Below, in pieces: positions 24,040-36,010 of a DNA stretch of 64,000 nt (position 1 is the stretch's first letter; every line of letters begins with the position of its first letter). Position numbers and translations under genes: made by a program. The notes below the pieces were generated by a model. It ran no database searches. It was not told the DNA's origin and was given only the letters and a program-made list of their open reading frames with translations. The DNA comes from Octopus bimaculoides (lineage: Eukaryota), in NCBI RefSeq assembly GCF_001194135.2, contig NC_068995.1, positions 3,513,142 to 3,577,141 of the forward strand. The letters are read 5' to 3'.

Positions 24040-25711
24040 ATATGTTAAGGCCAAGCGTCCCACCATTTCACCAAACTTTAACTTTTTAGGACAATTACTA
24101 GAATATGAAAAACAGTTAAGAGAAGATCAAGAGAAAGCTAAGAAGCTTGCAGAAACATCAGGAAAAGCTATTGAAGTGTCTCGTGGAGGGCAGTTTGCTA
24201 TGGATTTATGCAGCAGCCCCGTCTCACCAGTTCCGAAACTGCATCGAACTTGTGGTAGCATGACCTCAGCTCTGTGTTTGCCAGTGACCCGACAGTCTCA
24301 GATAACAACAACAGCAACAACAACAGCTTCATCCGAAGTCCTTACATCTACTCTTGCTCCTACATCTGTTGACGAAGCTGATTCTATGCACAAAACAGCA
24401 TCTACTAGTGGCTCTCCAGTCCCCTGTTCGGAGCCTACAAGCATATCTTGCACTAGCACCATTTCCACTACTACTACTACTAGTACTACAACAGTTACTG
24501 CTACTTCTACCATCACCAACACCTCCATCAAAAGTTGTTCAAAGTTAACCTTATCCCCTCCTTCACGACCACAAACATTCACAAGCCTGCCTTTCAAGAC
24601 AACTCTTTCTCCGACCCCTATAACACCACCCCTTATACAGAAGCTGGCACTCTCTCCTACTGCTGCTCTGGCGAAACTGAATTTCAGTCAGAATAGTGTT
24701 GAAAATATGGAAACACTGGAAACGGTAACTGTTGAAAATATTCTTCAGATACACAAATTTCCAACTACCTCATTGGACAAACTTAGTTTTACGCCTTGCT
24801 TTGCCAAGGACGAAATAGACAATGGCAGTTGCAGCAATGTCCTTAATAAGGACAGTAATATCAGCGATAGCGGGACAACAACCCCTATCACCACCACCAC
24901 CACCACCACCACCACCACCACCACCACTTCTCTAACTTCTCTTGCCACAACTTGCATGACAGTGCGCCCACGTAACACTGCTGTCAAGAGACCCAAATCC
25001 TCATCTCACTCTTCTTCATCTTGTTCGTCAACATCTACAAGTGATGGCATTGATAGCAAATTCATTGAACCACTTTCACCCAGTTCAACTAGCAGCAGCA
25101 GCTCTACATCCAGCTCTGCGGTGACTTCTCCCACAACTGCTAACTCTTCAAAGGTTATACTTCGCTCAAGAGAGAATCGCGCCAAACGGCCCCTCGTTCG
25201 CCCTAACAGCATTGCATTCTCAACTTATCCGACCTTTGATTTGGGTTCTGATTGTCAGGAGTCTCCAGGGTCGAGCAGTACAACTTCACAAGACGATACG
25301 TCCGAAGCGTATTTATTGCACAATGGCAAGAAATCGAAACCTTCAGAATCCGGAGGCCATTGGCCGTACGGTCGCTATTCTGAGAGGCACGTATACAAAC
25401 AGATTGCTGCCGCCATGGAAAGTGCCATGGTTCGAACACACGTGTTTGAAAATTCCCGAAAATCTCGTAGTCTGGATGATATCTTGACTTCTGAAGAAGA
25501 TCCAGCTGTATTGGAGTGTCCGTGCTCTCCGCTCGACAAACTTCCTCGACGGTGTGGGGCAAGCGCAGACATTTATTCTAAAGGAATCTTTGAAAACTTA
25601 ACCTGTCATATCCGCGGTTCATCGGATTCCTACCAATCAAGCAGCAGCATCTCTTCGAGTGGCAGTCACAGTTCATTACACGGAAGTTTAGAGATCATTC
25701 AGGTATCCTAG
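24040..25711 (+). CDS. DUSP8/16: DUSP8/16-like, terminal coding exon (end of catalytic domain plus long Ser/Thr-rich tail)
   Basis: Acceptor tactttcag|A. Reads YVKAKRPTISPNFNFLGQLLEYEKQL (DUSP C-terminal motif), stays open 556 codons to TAG at 25709-25711, and ends HGSLEIIQVS, resembling the vertebrate DUSP16/DUSP8 termini GSMEIIEVS/GSVEVIEVS. The four exons total 2126 nt, about 708 aa. Confidence 0.95.
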
Positions 25712-26817
25712 GCAAACAGCTTTGTTTTTGTGTCGGGATGTTACCTTGGTGTTGTCTGTGTGCATGAGCAAACCAACATGCTTATTGTATGTTTTTTTTT
25801 TATTTGAATTTGATTTTTTTTTTTTATTTAAAGAACTGTTTTCTTTTTAATTGTTTGTTATTCCTCCACCCCTGCCCCCACAGACCTTATTAATTAATAT
25901 TTCCCGTCCTTGTCTTGATAACATGGATAACGATTATTTAATGAAATCTAGGAAACAGTTGCATACATTTGAAAGTGACTAATGTTGATTCATATCATTG
26001 CTTTTGACCAGCTGTGTGTTGTTGAACACATACACACACACACAGCTATACACATATATATATATATGTGTGTGTGTTTATATATATGTGTATATATATA
26101 TAGACACACATGCATACATACAACAGACTTGTAAATCTCTGATACGACTTGTAAGAGAACTCACAAATATTCTATTATGTATATTATTGTAATATTTTTT
26201 CATCATGTTTCATTTTTATCATTGATAATAATTTGAAACGAAACAAAACACAAAAACTGTAAATACTAGAATTGTTAAAAAAAGACGAAAAAAAGCAATT
26301 TGTTTTCATAAGTTTCTTGTGTTCTTGATGATTGTTGCGAGTGTTAGCAATTGAAAAGAACATTCCAATATCGACCCAATAACTTATACTGAATGAGTTT
26401 GAATTGAAATTATTTGCTATTTTTTTTTTATTGAATAGCATGTCTTGTTTGGGTGGCTTCATTACTTCTTGATCAATTTATTTCACTTTGGAGCAAGAGG
26501 GCAATAATGATAATAATAATAATAATGATAACAATTAATGATAAAAATAGTTGTAACGAAACAATGATAATAATAGTGCAGTTAATATTTAACTGAAATC
26601 ATGCAGGCTGTTATAATTTCAGTTGTGCGAGTTATTTGGTATGCAAAACTACCCTTCACAAGCTGATAAGACGTGAATATATTCATATATACCCTCATGT
26701 GAATGTATACAGATATTTTCATCTGAATATATACACACATCTTTAGAAGAATATATACATATATGTATGTATATTCTGCCCCTTTATATAATTAACAGAC
26801 AGCGATATATGTATGTG

Positions 26818-26852
<35 letters not shown>

Positions 26853-26854
26853 AT

Positions 26855-26939
<85 letters not shown>

Positions 26940-27589
26940 CATATATAAAACTTGAAATCCTGAAGGACTATTTCCATGCCGTTCAGGTGATAGTGTGTTT
27001 TGCAGTCTTAATGTACATAGCATGATGTCTAATGAAACTTTAAGCATGTTAAATTTTTTTTTTGTTTTGTTTAATTAATTTTGTTTTATTATGTTTTGTT
27101 ATTTTATTTTTGTGTTTTTGAAGTGTGACCTTCACATTCATCCGTGTGTCTTTTTTTTTTTTTTTTTAAAGAAATTCATGCAAAATATCTTTTAGTAAAA
27201 TCACTTCATGTTGAAAAAACAACAAATGAAATAACCCCCTTGATGTATAAATCCCTTGGTCTTGATGCATTCAAATTGTAATGGGGGTTTGATTATATCT
27301 TGATTTGTATCTTCAAGATAATATATAACTATCTAATGACAACATTATAGAATTTTCCTAACTACAACTCACATTTGACAGGAAATGGTTTAAAAACCTG
27401 TTGGACTTATTTTACAAATTGTTTGAATTTATTGAAATTGATTGCAGTTAGGGACATAATTATATTATATATTTTGTCTCATTAGAACCAAACACTAAAT
27501 TTGTTAATTGTTATTTTTCTCTATTGAAATGTCATCAGGATCTATAAAGTAAGGCACCTAATTGTCCAAAACTACACTCTTATGTCCCA

Positions 27590-27915
27590 TCCATCCATCC
27601 ATCTGTTTTCTCCACCCTCTCTTCCTGGCAGGGTTGTTGGGGTATAGTCTTTGTGCACCTCTTCCATTGGGTCCTATCAAAGGCGACTCTCATTACACTT
27701 CTCAATTGGATTCCCAAGTGTGACCAATATCCAAGACGGTGAATATTATTCAATCATTTCATTCTTAGTCCATCTCTTGGTCTCCTGCCAATTGGCTGGA
27801 TTTGAAGAATCTATCTTGCAATTCTTTCTTCTGACATTTTAATCACATGTCCATAGAAAGAGAACTGTGACTTCTCGATGCAGAGAAATAGCAGCAGCTT
27901 GATCTGGAGAGATTT
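27590..27915 (-). mobile_element. LINE 3' end (L2/RTE-like ORF2 C-terminus) with (GATG)n tail
   Basis: The minus frame reads IRKSLQIKLLLFLCIEKSQFSFYGHVIKMSEERIAR*ILQIQPIGRRPRDGLRMK*LNNI..WSHLGI..DRTQWKR, matching the R..QLRW.GHV.RM...R.....GRRPRGRP..RW motif. Confidence 0.8.
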
Positions 27916-28939
27916 CCTGATCTTATGTTTAACAAAAGAATTTAATCTTTTTTTTTTTTGATATCTAAACTTTATGGCTCCATTTCAAATATTTTCTGAT
28001 ATTTCTAATACCAAGTGGACATTGGTTTTTAAATTTTAAAGGTAATATCTTCACAAAATATTTCTTCAGAATTTTCAGTATATTTAAAACAAAGAATTGT
28101 CCAATTTATGGATTTACCAATTTCGGATAATTATTTTTGCTAAAATATTCAACGATGATGATAGGAATCGGTATTAAAAAAAAAAAAAGAAATTACCGAT
28201 TCCAGTTTGTTAATGGTTTTGTTTTTATTGTTCAACTTGTCTTCCAGTATCACCATAATTAGCATAGATTTCATTAATCACAAGAATTTTCTTCCTGAGT
28301 TCAAAAGACTTCAGATTAATGCACACTATAATGGCCATTATCTAGTGCTGCTAAACAGACGAGAAACTGACTGATTTTGTTGGGGGCTTTTTTAGTAATT
28401 TCATTATTATCTCAATAGAATTTAAATTTTAACATTACTTAAAGTCAAACTCATGCTATCATCGAAACATGACAGTTAAAAGGAACATACACACACTGAT
28501 ATACATGCCTATAAATATATATATGTGTATATATGTGTGTGTATGTATGTATGTATGTATGTATGTATGGGACAGCCTTCCTTTCATGCATATATTGAAG
28601 ATGCGATTGCATTCATGTTTTGATATTTTTTTTTATTAAATATTTTCCTCATGTTCCTCTTTATTTAGTCCTTTATGCTTAGTCCGAAACAAGGAGTTCA
28701 TTAACATTTCAAAACCTTCTCAATCTTGGCTTCAGAAGGAATTGTAGATAATGGTGTGTTCTTACCATGTTTTGCAAGTGACAGCAAAAAATCTAGAAAT
28801 GGAACCAATTCCAGATTCTTTTACTGTTAACTCCTGCCTATTTTCATTGAGATTTGGTTTGGATCTTGTTATTAACACTCAGTGTCTATGGTAGGACCCC
28901 TGTTCTACTCTGGTCCTTTATACTCATGTTTTATCCTTC

Positions 28940-29190
28940 TTGCATGAAGTTACTCCTCCCCCTCCAGGGGCTTGCACTCTTGCAAGGTGCACAGTGACCT
29001 CACACGTACTGGTGCCATGAAAAATGAACCCAGTACTTGTAAAGTGGTTGGCATTACGAAGGGCATCTGGTTGTAGAAACCATGCCAAACAGGCACTGGG
29101 GTGCGATGTAGTCTTTGGGTCCATCAGATCCTGTCTGTTCATCCAATCCATACCAGCATGGAACATTGATGTCAAATGATGATGATGTCG
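28940..29190 (+). mobile_element. Family G SINE-like element with (GAT)n tail
   Basis: GGTTGGCATTACGAAGGGCATCTGGTTGTAGAAACCATGCCAA..CCAGCATGGAACATTGATGTCAAATGATGATG; an inverse copy lies at 37683-37925. Confidence 0.75.
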
Positions 29191-29593
29191 ATGAAGGGAG
29201 GCAGAGGATGAAGATGAACATCCTCTTGAAAATTTTCAGAAACAAAAGCCTGAAAAGCTACAGAATAAAACATAAACAATAACAGAAAAGATTAGGGTTA
29301 TCTCCAATCCGTCTTAATAGCTGGAGACAAAATTATCCTCCAATACTATTTGAACTTGCCACTATAGCAAGGAAAAAATCTACTTTCAACAGAAATTATA
29401 CCTTCCATAATTCTCTTCAAAGATTTTTGTTTGTGAAATAACTGGTGTATTGCTTGCTTGCATATGTGTATGTGTGTGTGTGAATCAGTTTGTTTTCTCT
29501 GAAACATGTAACACGGATGACACAACTATATTCTAGTTTATTAATGCTTTCTTGCATCTCTTTTTTTTTTGTGGGTTACCGAGGCTGCTGATG

Positions 29594-29735
29594 GTTTCAT
29601 GCTAAGAAGAATCTCTTAACGATTATCAAGCCTGCTACATGGGAACCTTGGTACTCGTCTCCAGCATGGAGACGAGTACCAAGGTTCCCATGTGGCAGGC
29701 TTCATAGCTGATGAGAGATTCCCCTTATATGAAAC
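29594..29735. repeat. Long inverted repeat/hairpin: 36-bp arms with 3-nt loop, plus imperfect outer arms
   Basis: 29628-29663 is the reverse complement of 29667-29702 with one mismatch (T-G); the loop is GCA. Confidence 0.95.
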
Positions 29736-29822
29736 AAATGGTAGCTTTGGTTACCCACAGATACAGAATATTTATCCGCCAATGTGGTGTCAAGCACTCA
29801 GTCTCACTCTACGATATTAGCA

Positions 29823-29881
<59 letters not shown>

Positions 29882-30395
29882 CACTACAAATTCAAGGTTA
29901 GGTAATAATCATGTAATCATTTGAGAACATAGCTGAAGGTCTATCAAGCTTGTTACATGCATATGTTTGCAATGAGAAAATGTTTATGTTGAAACCCACA
30001 TACCTACATATACACATAGACCTGAGGTTCACAGCAGCCGCACACACATTTATATGTGTGATTTTGATTGAAGCAAGGTGAAATAATGCTGTCACAGCCG
30101 TTCAGAATCTGCAGACTAATTGGAGTTATCTTCCCTTGTTTAGCTACTTCCCAGGAAAATAAATTACAATGACCATGAAAATACGATTGCTTCCTTACGA
30201 TGCCTTAAGGAAACAAAACATGACAAAAAAATGTTTGATAAGGGGTTCATAATATTGATTTACTCCCGTTTATAATTAATACTTGACTAGAAAATACTGA
30301 AATTATCTTGTGTGGCTTGATGTGTGTGTAACGATTTGTACATTATGTACATTGTTTACATTTGACGGATATTTGTCCTCATCTTGTTTGTTGTT

Positions 30396-30441
30396 AACAC
30401 AACGTTTCAGCTGATATACCCTCCAGCCTTCATCAGGTGTC
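30396..30441 (-). ncRNA. Minimal type I hammerhead ribozyme motif (candidate, possibly attenuated)
   Basis: Minus strand reads GACAC-CUGAUGA-A-GGCUG-GAGGGUAUAU-CAGCU-GAA-ACGU-U-GUGUU. Stem I is GACAC/GUGUU, stem II is GGCUG/CAGCU, stem III is the palindrome ACGU, and the cleavage triplet is GUU. Confidence 0.65.
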
Positions 30442-30496
30442 TTGGGGGAAATTTCGAACCTGGGTTCTCATGCCTAAGGTATTTTTCGATATTATT

Positions 30497-30546
30497 GCCT
30501 GGAATCGAACTCGGGATCTAGGAGTTAGTAGCCTGAATAGTGACCT
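30497..30546 (-). mobile_element. tRNA-derived fragment (SINE head) in the spacer of the inverted repeat
   Basis: The reverse complement ...CTCCTAGATCCCGAGTTCGATTCCAGGC contains a Pol III B-box (GTTCGATTCC). No cloverleaf, so not a tRNA gene. Confidence 0.55.
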
Positions 30547-30876
30547 GATTAATAAAAATAATAATAATAACAATAATAATAATAATAGCGAAAAAATACC
30601 TTAAGAATGAGAACCCAGGTTCGAAATTTCCCCAAGACACCTGATGAAGGCTGGAGGGTATATCAGCTGAAACATGTTAACAACAAACAAGATGAGGACA
30701 CAACAAACAAGATGAGCTTTGTCACATACTGTGACACCCATTGACCAGGTAATTCATAGGCTTAAGGTTCAAACAACTGACAAAATCAACAAAAAACCAT
30801 CCATCTTATTCTGAAATACATCTACATTTGCATGCTCTTACCGAACCCATGCTAGCATGGAAAGCGGACGTTAAAC

Positions 30877-30910
<34 letters not shown>

Positions 30911-30945
30911 TGAAAAAGAAAAAAAAAACTGCTTATGATGTACAT

Positions 30946-31223
30946 CAATGGTTTCCAAACTTTTTCAGGCTGCTGCCCCCTTGACACCACCCAGGTCACA
31001 TTGCTAGTGCCCCCACCCCAACTAACCATCACAAACATAGACCTCTTTCTGAAGCAAATTCAAAGCAACTGTATTTCACAAATGAAACTTAACCTAATTG
31101 AACCCATTATTTTGTTGTTTTTACATAAATTCCTACCCCATTATCACCCCACTTTTCTTCAATGCCCCTTTGGAACTTTCCACTGCCCCCAGGGGGCAAT
31201 ACTGCCCACTTTGGGAACCACTG
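30946..31223. mobile_element. hAT (Charlie-type) MITE with 8-bp TSD
   Basis: Termini CAATGGTTTCCAAAC and TTTGGGAACCACTG. The flanks ATGTACAT (30938-30945) and ATGTTCAT (31224-31231) match at 7 of 8 bases. Confidence 0.85.
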
Positions 31224-33479
31224 ATGTTCATTGCAATGTTTCCGTTATTCTTTTGGTGGTATTTTATTAAAACCCCCATTATTATTATTGATACCTATTT
31301 TCTTTTGATATTAATCTCATACTTAAGAAACCCAGATCATGTTCATACTTGTTTTCTCCTCATCATTTGTTTTATACATCCATTGACAGAAGTGACAAAA
31401 TGTATCTGACAAATTGTATGTCTTGTTCTTTGCAACGGAGTGAAATTTATCTAAATTGAAAAACAGTAGTGATAATTGGTTTTAGTTAAACTTCTGATTG
31501 AGATGAACTAATTAATCCTTCTCTGTACAATAACATTTGTTTTTCCTTTTAATACCTTGTTGTTATTGTTTTTGGTTTCTGGTTTCATCTGTTGCTAATC
31601 TCATCAAAGTCCCTTCTTCAGAGATTGTAGAATTTCTGTCTGTTTAACAATTACTTGTTAGTGTTCTGTTCTCTAATGATTCCTTCAAGTCCTTGTGTTT
31701 CAAATTCCTTCCCACAATTCATTGCCACATTACAGGTTCTATTTTCGGTTTTTCGTCTTAGTTTCTGCCGTGTTTTTGAAATCAGTGTGTTGTCTCTGTT
31801 CAAGGCAGTGTTGTTATTATTGTTTTGGCTATCATTTCAAATGAAAAACTAATCTTCCTCGTTAACCTCTCACCAATAACTCTAATGATTTCCCAATTTG
31901 TTTTATTGCATGCTTACCTCGTTTGTTTGTACATGGAAACTTAGTACATTCTCTTTGATAAACATCTGTTATTTATAATTAATATTTCAAGATAAAATGT
32001 TTAGTTCTGTTTTTCTATGAATTTCTTTTCTTTATTTTCATCTTCACAACGAAAAATAATTTTTTATTATTCCTGTTGAAAATCTCCAATTCTTCTGTGT
32101 TGATAATTTTGAATTCTGCTAAATTCTCCAGGGTCGTTAATAATAGATTTTTCTAATTCCCCAGGGTCTTCTTAACCTAGCATGCTATACATGCATCAGG
32201 TCACTGTGCCAGTTTTCTATTTCCTCATTGTGACACAATGCGCCTGCAGCTACACGGATGAAAACACGCATGGCATCATAGTGTGTGTGCTTAAGTATGC
32301 TGAAAGTTAATTGTTCAGTGTTGAGGAATTTGGACATTTGGGAGTGTCTGATATATATAGTATCAGATTGTATATTATGAATCACTGGGTCCATTCATTC
32401 CATTTCAGAGTTCACATCCTATAGCAGTGATTAGAAATTTTTTTCTTTAATCCACCCAGGCTCCACACATTCAACAGCAGTTAACATATTGAGATTGATT
32501 CAGTTAACTCCCTTGCATACAAACACCTCATTTTGGGCCTTATCAGAGGATATCTAGAATATCATTAGGGTTTCTCTTTTAAAACTTATCGTATGCAGTT
32601 GAAGTAGTTATCAAACTTGCCTGTTTCTTACAAAAGCTTACAATTCTTTGTATTTTTTCTTTCTGCCACATCTATGCAGAGTTTATGATACATTTTAAAC
32701 ACAGCTGTCTTATAATGTCTCATGATTTAAAAGAAAAAGACAACAAAAAAGATGTTTATAGTTTTCTACGAGAATTAAGTAAATTCTCTTTTTTCCTTTT
32801 TTCCAACTCCTATAATACTTTCTTTCATATTATTATTATTATTATTGATGGTTGTAAAATGTGAAGAAAATATCCTAAACAAATTAACATGTTTATGCGA
32901 TTTGCTTTATATTTCCAAATAGTATTTGATAAGGAAGCATCGAGAAATATGTAAACCAGTCTTCATTAATGATGGGTCTCAAAATGAATTCAATTGTTAA
33001 TAATAGGTTATAGGATATTGAGCTTAAAACCCTTAGATGAAAAAGGAAGGGGGCAGCTTCTGGCTTTTTAAATACCGAAGGGTTTTTTTTTCCATTAAAT
33101 ATGTTATCATCTAGTATTTATAGCAAAATTCATTTTGAGGTCAATCATTAATGAACACTTAACTCATAGTGTTGTGGGTTTATGTAAACTTAACATGCTT
33201 TCAACCACTTCTGCACCTTAAAATCTGGTGAGCTCTAAATCCTGCGATGTCTTCCTGATTAAGAAGGAGAGACTGTTATTTCTTCTTCTTCAGACTTTCA
33301 AAAGTAGAACTCCACTTTTTCTATACATTGATTCTGTTCTATGTTTGTTCTACGTTGCTCTAAACCGTAATACCTAATTGTCTATGTTCCTCTATTTCTA
33401 CCAGTACCACACGTCTGGAGATCTTCCTAATTTTTTTGACACATACATGCAAATGGTAAGTTGATGCAATTACTGCTGT

Positions 33480-33817
33480 TATCAGCTTATTCATCATCAT
33501 CACCACCACCACCACCACCACCACCACCACTGCTGCCACTGCCGCCGTCGCCATTATCGCCATTGTTGTTATCAGCATCATCATCATAATCATCTTCATT
33601 GTCATTATCATCATTGTTGCTGTCGGTGAAAACCAGCACTACCACCCTCCCATTTCTGCCACTTCGTCTACCCCTACCCTGCACAGTGGCAGACTCATTA
33701 CTGCTGTTCAGTTGCTGTCTCTGTTTTAAACTTGTTTTGTTAATTTATTTATTTTTTTATCATTTTGGTGTTTTAGATTTTATATTTTCATGCAAATAAT
33801 CCTGCCAGAGCACTGTG

Positions 33818-33854
<37 letters not shown>

Positions 33855-33906
33855 TTATAATTATCATCGTTATCATTATCATCACCATTATCAATCATCA
33901 TCATCA

Positions 33907-33943
<37 letters not shown>

Positions 33944-34018
33944 TGTGTTTGTGTCTTATGTAATGCAATTCCAAAATATATATTCGTATTGGAATATTCA
34001 AAACATGAAAATTGTTTC

Positions 34019-34063
<45 letters not shown>

Positions 34064-34070
34064 GTGTGTA
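33480..34070. repeat. Compound trinucleotide/dinucleotide microsatellite region (CAT/CAC/GCC, ATT, GT)
   Basis: Directly visible. Confidence 0.9.
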
Positions 34071-34379
34071 AATTCTTGGCAAATATGACAAATTATATTC
34101 ACTGCATTTGAATTTGTAAAAAAGCATCGCATTTGAAATGTTGATAACGGCTTTATAGACTGACATTCAAGAAATAGAATGCAAGGGTGCTTTTCGTTTC
34201 TGTAATCAATATAACTTATACCCCTAACTCTTTAAGCTTCCACCAGTTATCTTCATTAAGAAAGAATAAGATATTTTCGTTGCTGGATTCTGTGATGTTC
34301 AACAATTTAAAATTTCATATTAAACTGGGTTTGTAAGAGTTTCTTCCCCTCTCTTTTGATTCTCTTTCTCCTACTCGTA

Positions 34380-34660
34380 TGGTCTCTGTTCCTTGTCTTT
34401 TCTCGAAATATGATGCACCTTTTTATCAAGCAACACTTTATTGAACCTCGAAACAACTTCTTGTAAACATATTATCTTGTAGCATAGGTTGTGGTGCCTC
34501 GGTGCAGTAATGGCAACCCATTTGCTGAATGTATTGTGCCAGCCTTCAGTTCTCTTATGAATTTGTGGTGAATTGTTTTTTGCCATGGCTGTTATTTTGC
34601 ACCCATTCATAAACATTCCAACATTGTATTGGGAATCGTGGTCATTGATGTTTTCTGTCT
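34380..34660 (-). pseudogene. Decayed Mutator-like (MULE) transposase fragment
   Basis: Minus frames read RFPIQCWNVYEWVQNN...TNS* and, after a frameshift, EGWHNTFSKWVAIT. This resembles the MULE motif FP...WN.Y......RTNN..EGWHN.F. Confidence 0.55.
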
Positions 34661-35747
34661 TCCACACCGGAGTGCCTTAATCAACATGGTTGCAAAATAA
34701 CCTACACATCTGCACACTTTTTCACACATGACTCAATTTCAACCATTCACACACACACTGATAGCAAATTAATTTCACACACATACACACCTTTGTAATA
34801 TCAATAAACCCATTGGCTACCCTATACAAATTTTAAAGTTGGCTAAATGTTACTTTTTTTTTTTTCATTGAATGTTTGCGGATGAAAATTTCTATTTTTA
34901 TTTTATATTAAAAATTATTCTATATTTAAAATTGTTACTATTTGTTACGCTTGTTTAAAATTGTCCCATAGAATATAAATATCTACAAAATAATACACTT
35001 CAAAAAAAAAAATATCTGCAATCTGTAACATATCTTTTATATATATATAAAAAGATTCTATTTTTGAAATTGTCCTTTAGTTACAATTGTTTTACTCTGG
35101 AATATATTTACAAAATTATTCCATGAAAAATTACTTTGAGGAGAAGTTGTTTTNNNNNNNNNNNNNNNNNNNNNNNNNNNNNNNNNNNNNNNNNNNNNNN
35201 NNNNNNNNNNNNNNNNNNNNNNNNNNNNNNNNNNNNNNNNNNNNNNNNNNNNNNNNNNNNNNNNNNNNNNNNNNNNNNNNNNNNNNNNNNNNNNNNNNNN
35301 NNNNNNNNNNNNNNNNNNNNNNNNNNNNNNNNNNNNNNNNNNNNNNNNNNNNNNNNNNNNNNNNNNNNNNNNNNNNNNNNNNNNNNNNNNNNNNNNNNNN
35401 NNNNNNNNNNNNNNNNNNNNNNNNNNNNNNNNNNNNNNNNNNNNNNNNNNNNNNNNNNNNNNNNNNNNNNNNNNNNNNNNNNNNNNNNNNNNNNNNNNNN
35501 NNNNNNNTTTATAAATCTCATGTGGAACAGAAATTCTTGAGGAACTATAATTAGTGTCTGTATGTATGTGTCTTTTATTTTCTCTGATTTTAAATCCATT
35601 TCTCCCGGGGTGAAGGAATGTTTTACCTGAAATATTTTAACATAATATTTTTGGATCAGCTATTTTTATAATTTTCTCTCTTTGTAATTCATGTCTTATT
35701 TATTAACAAATTTTCACTAATAATAGATCATTTTATGAATAATTGTG

Positions 35748-36010
35748 TGTGTATCTTGAGCAAGACACTATTTCACATTTGCTCCTATTCACTCAGCCGT
35801 AGAAATGAGTTGCGATGTCACTGGTGCCACGTTGTATCAGCCCCTTTGCTTTTCCCTTGGATAACATCGGTAGTGTGGAGCAGGAGGCTGGTATGCATGG
35901 GTGACTGCTGGTCTTCCATAAACAACCTTGCTTGGACTTGTGCCTCGGGGGGTAACTTTCTAGGTTCAATCCCATGGTCAGTCATGACTGAAAGGGGTCT
36001 TTTTACCCTT
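35748..36010 (+). mobile_element. SINE family C, 5'-truncated
   Basis: Reverse-complement match over ~250 bp to 51850-52100. Confidence 0.85.

Larger units (their letters stand above)
30340..30716. mobile_element. Inverted pair of Penelope-like terminal repeat sequences (~120-bp arms)
   Basis: 30374-30496 is the reverse complement of 30581-30700 at high identity. Each arm carries CCTGATGAAGGCTG...CAGCTGAAAC, typical of PLE ends. The PLE assignment is inference. Confidence 0.7.

Noticed and set aside
24298-25572. Antisense and alternative-frame ORFs overlapping the DUSP last exon
   Set aside because: They are shadows of the real CDS caused by low-complexity codons.
25712-27000. AU-rich elements and poly(A) signal in the DUSP 3' UTR
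   Set aside because: Only scattered single ATTTA pentamers, expected by chance in AT-rich DNA, and no clear AATAAA near the stop. The UTR end cannot be defined.
29708-29745. CTGATGA...GAAAC...GTA next to the hairpin as a second hammerhead
   Set aside because: Stems I, II and III do not pair.
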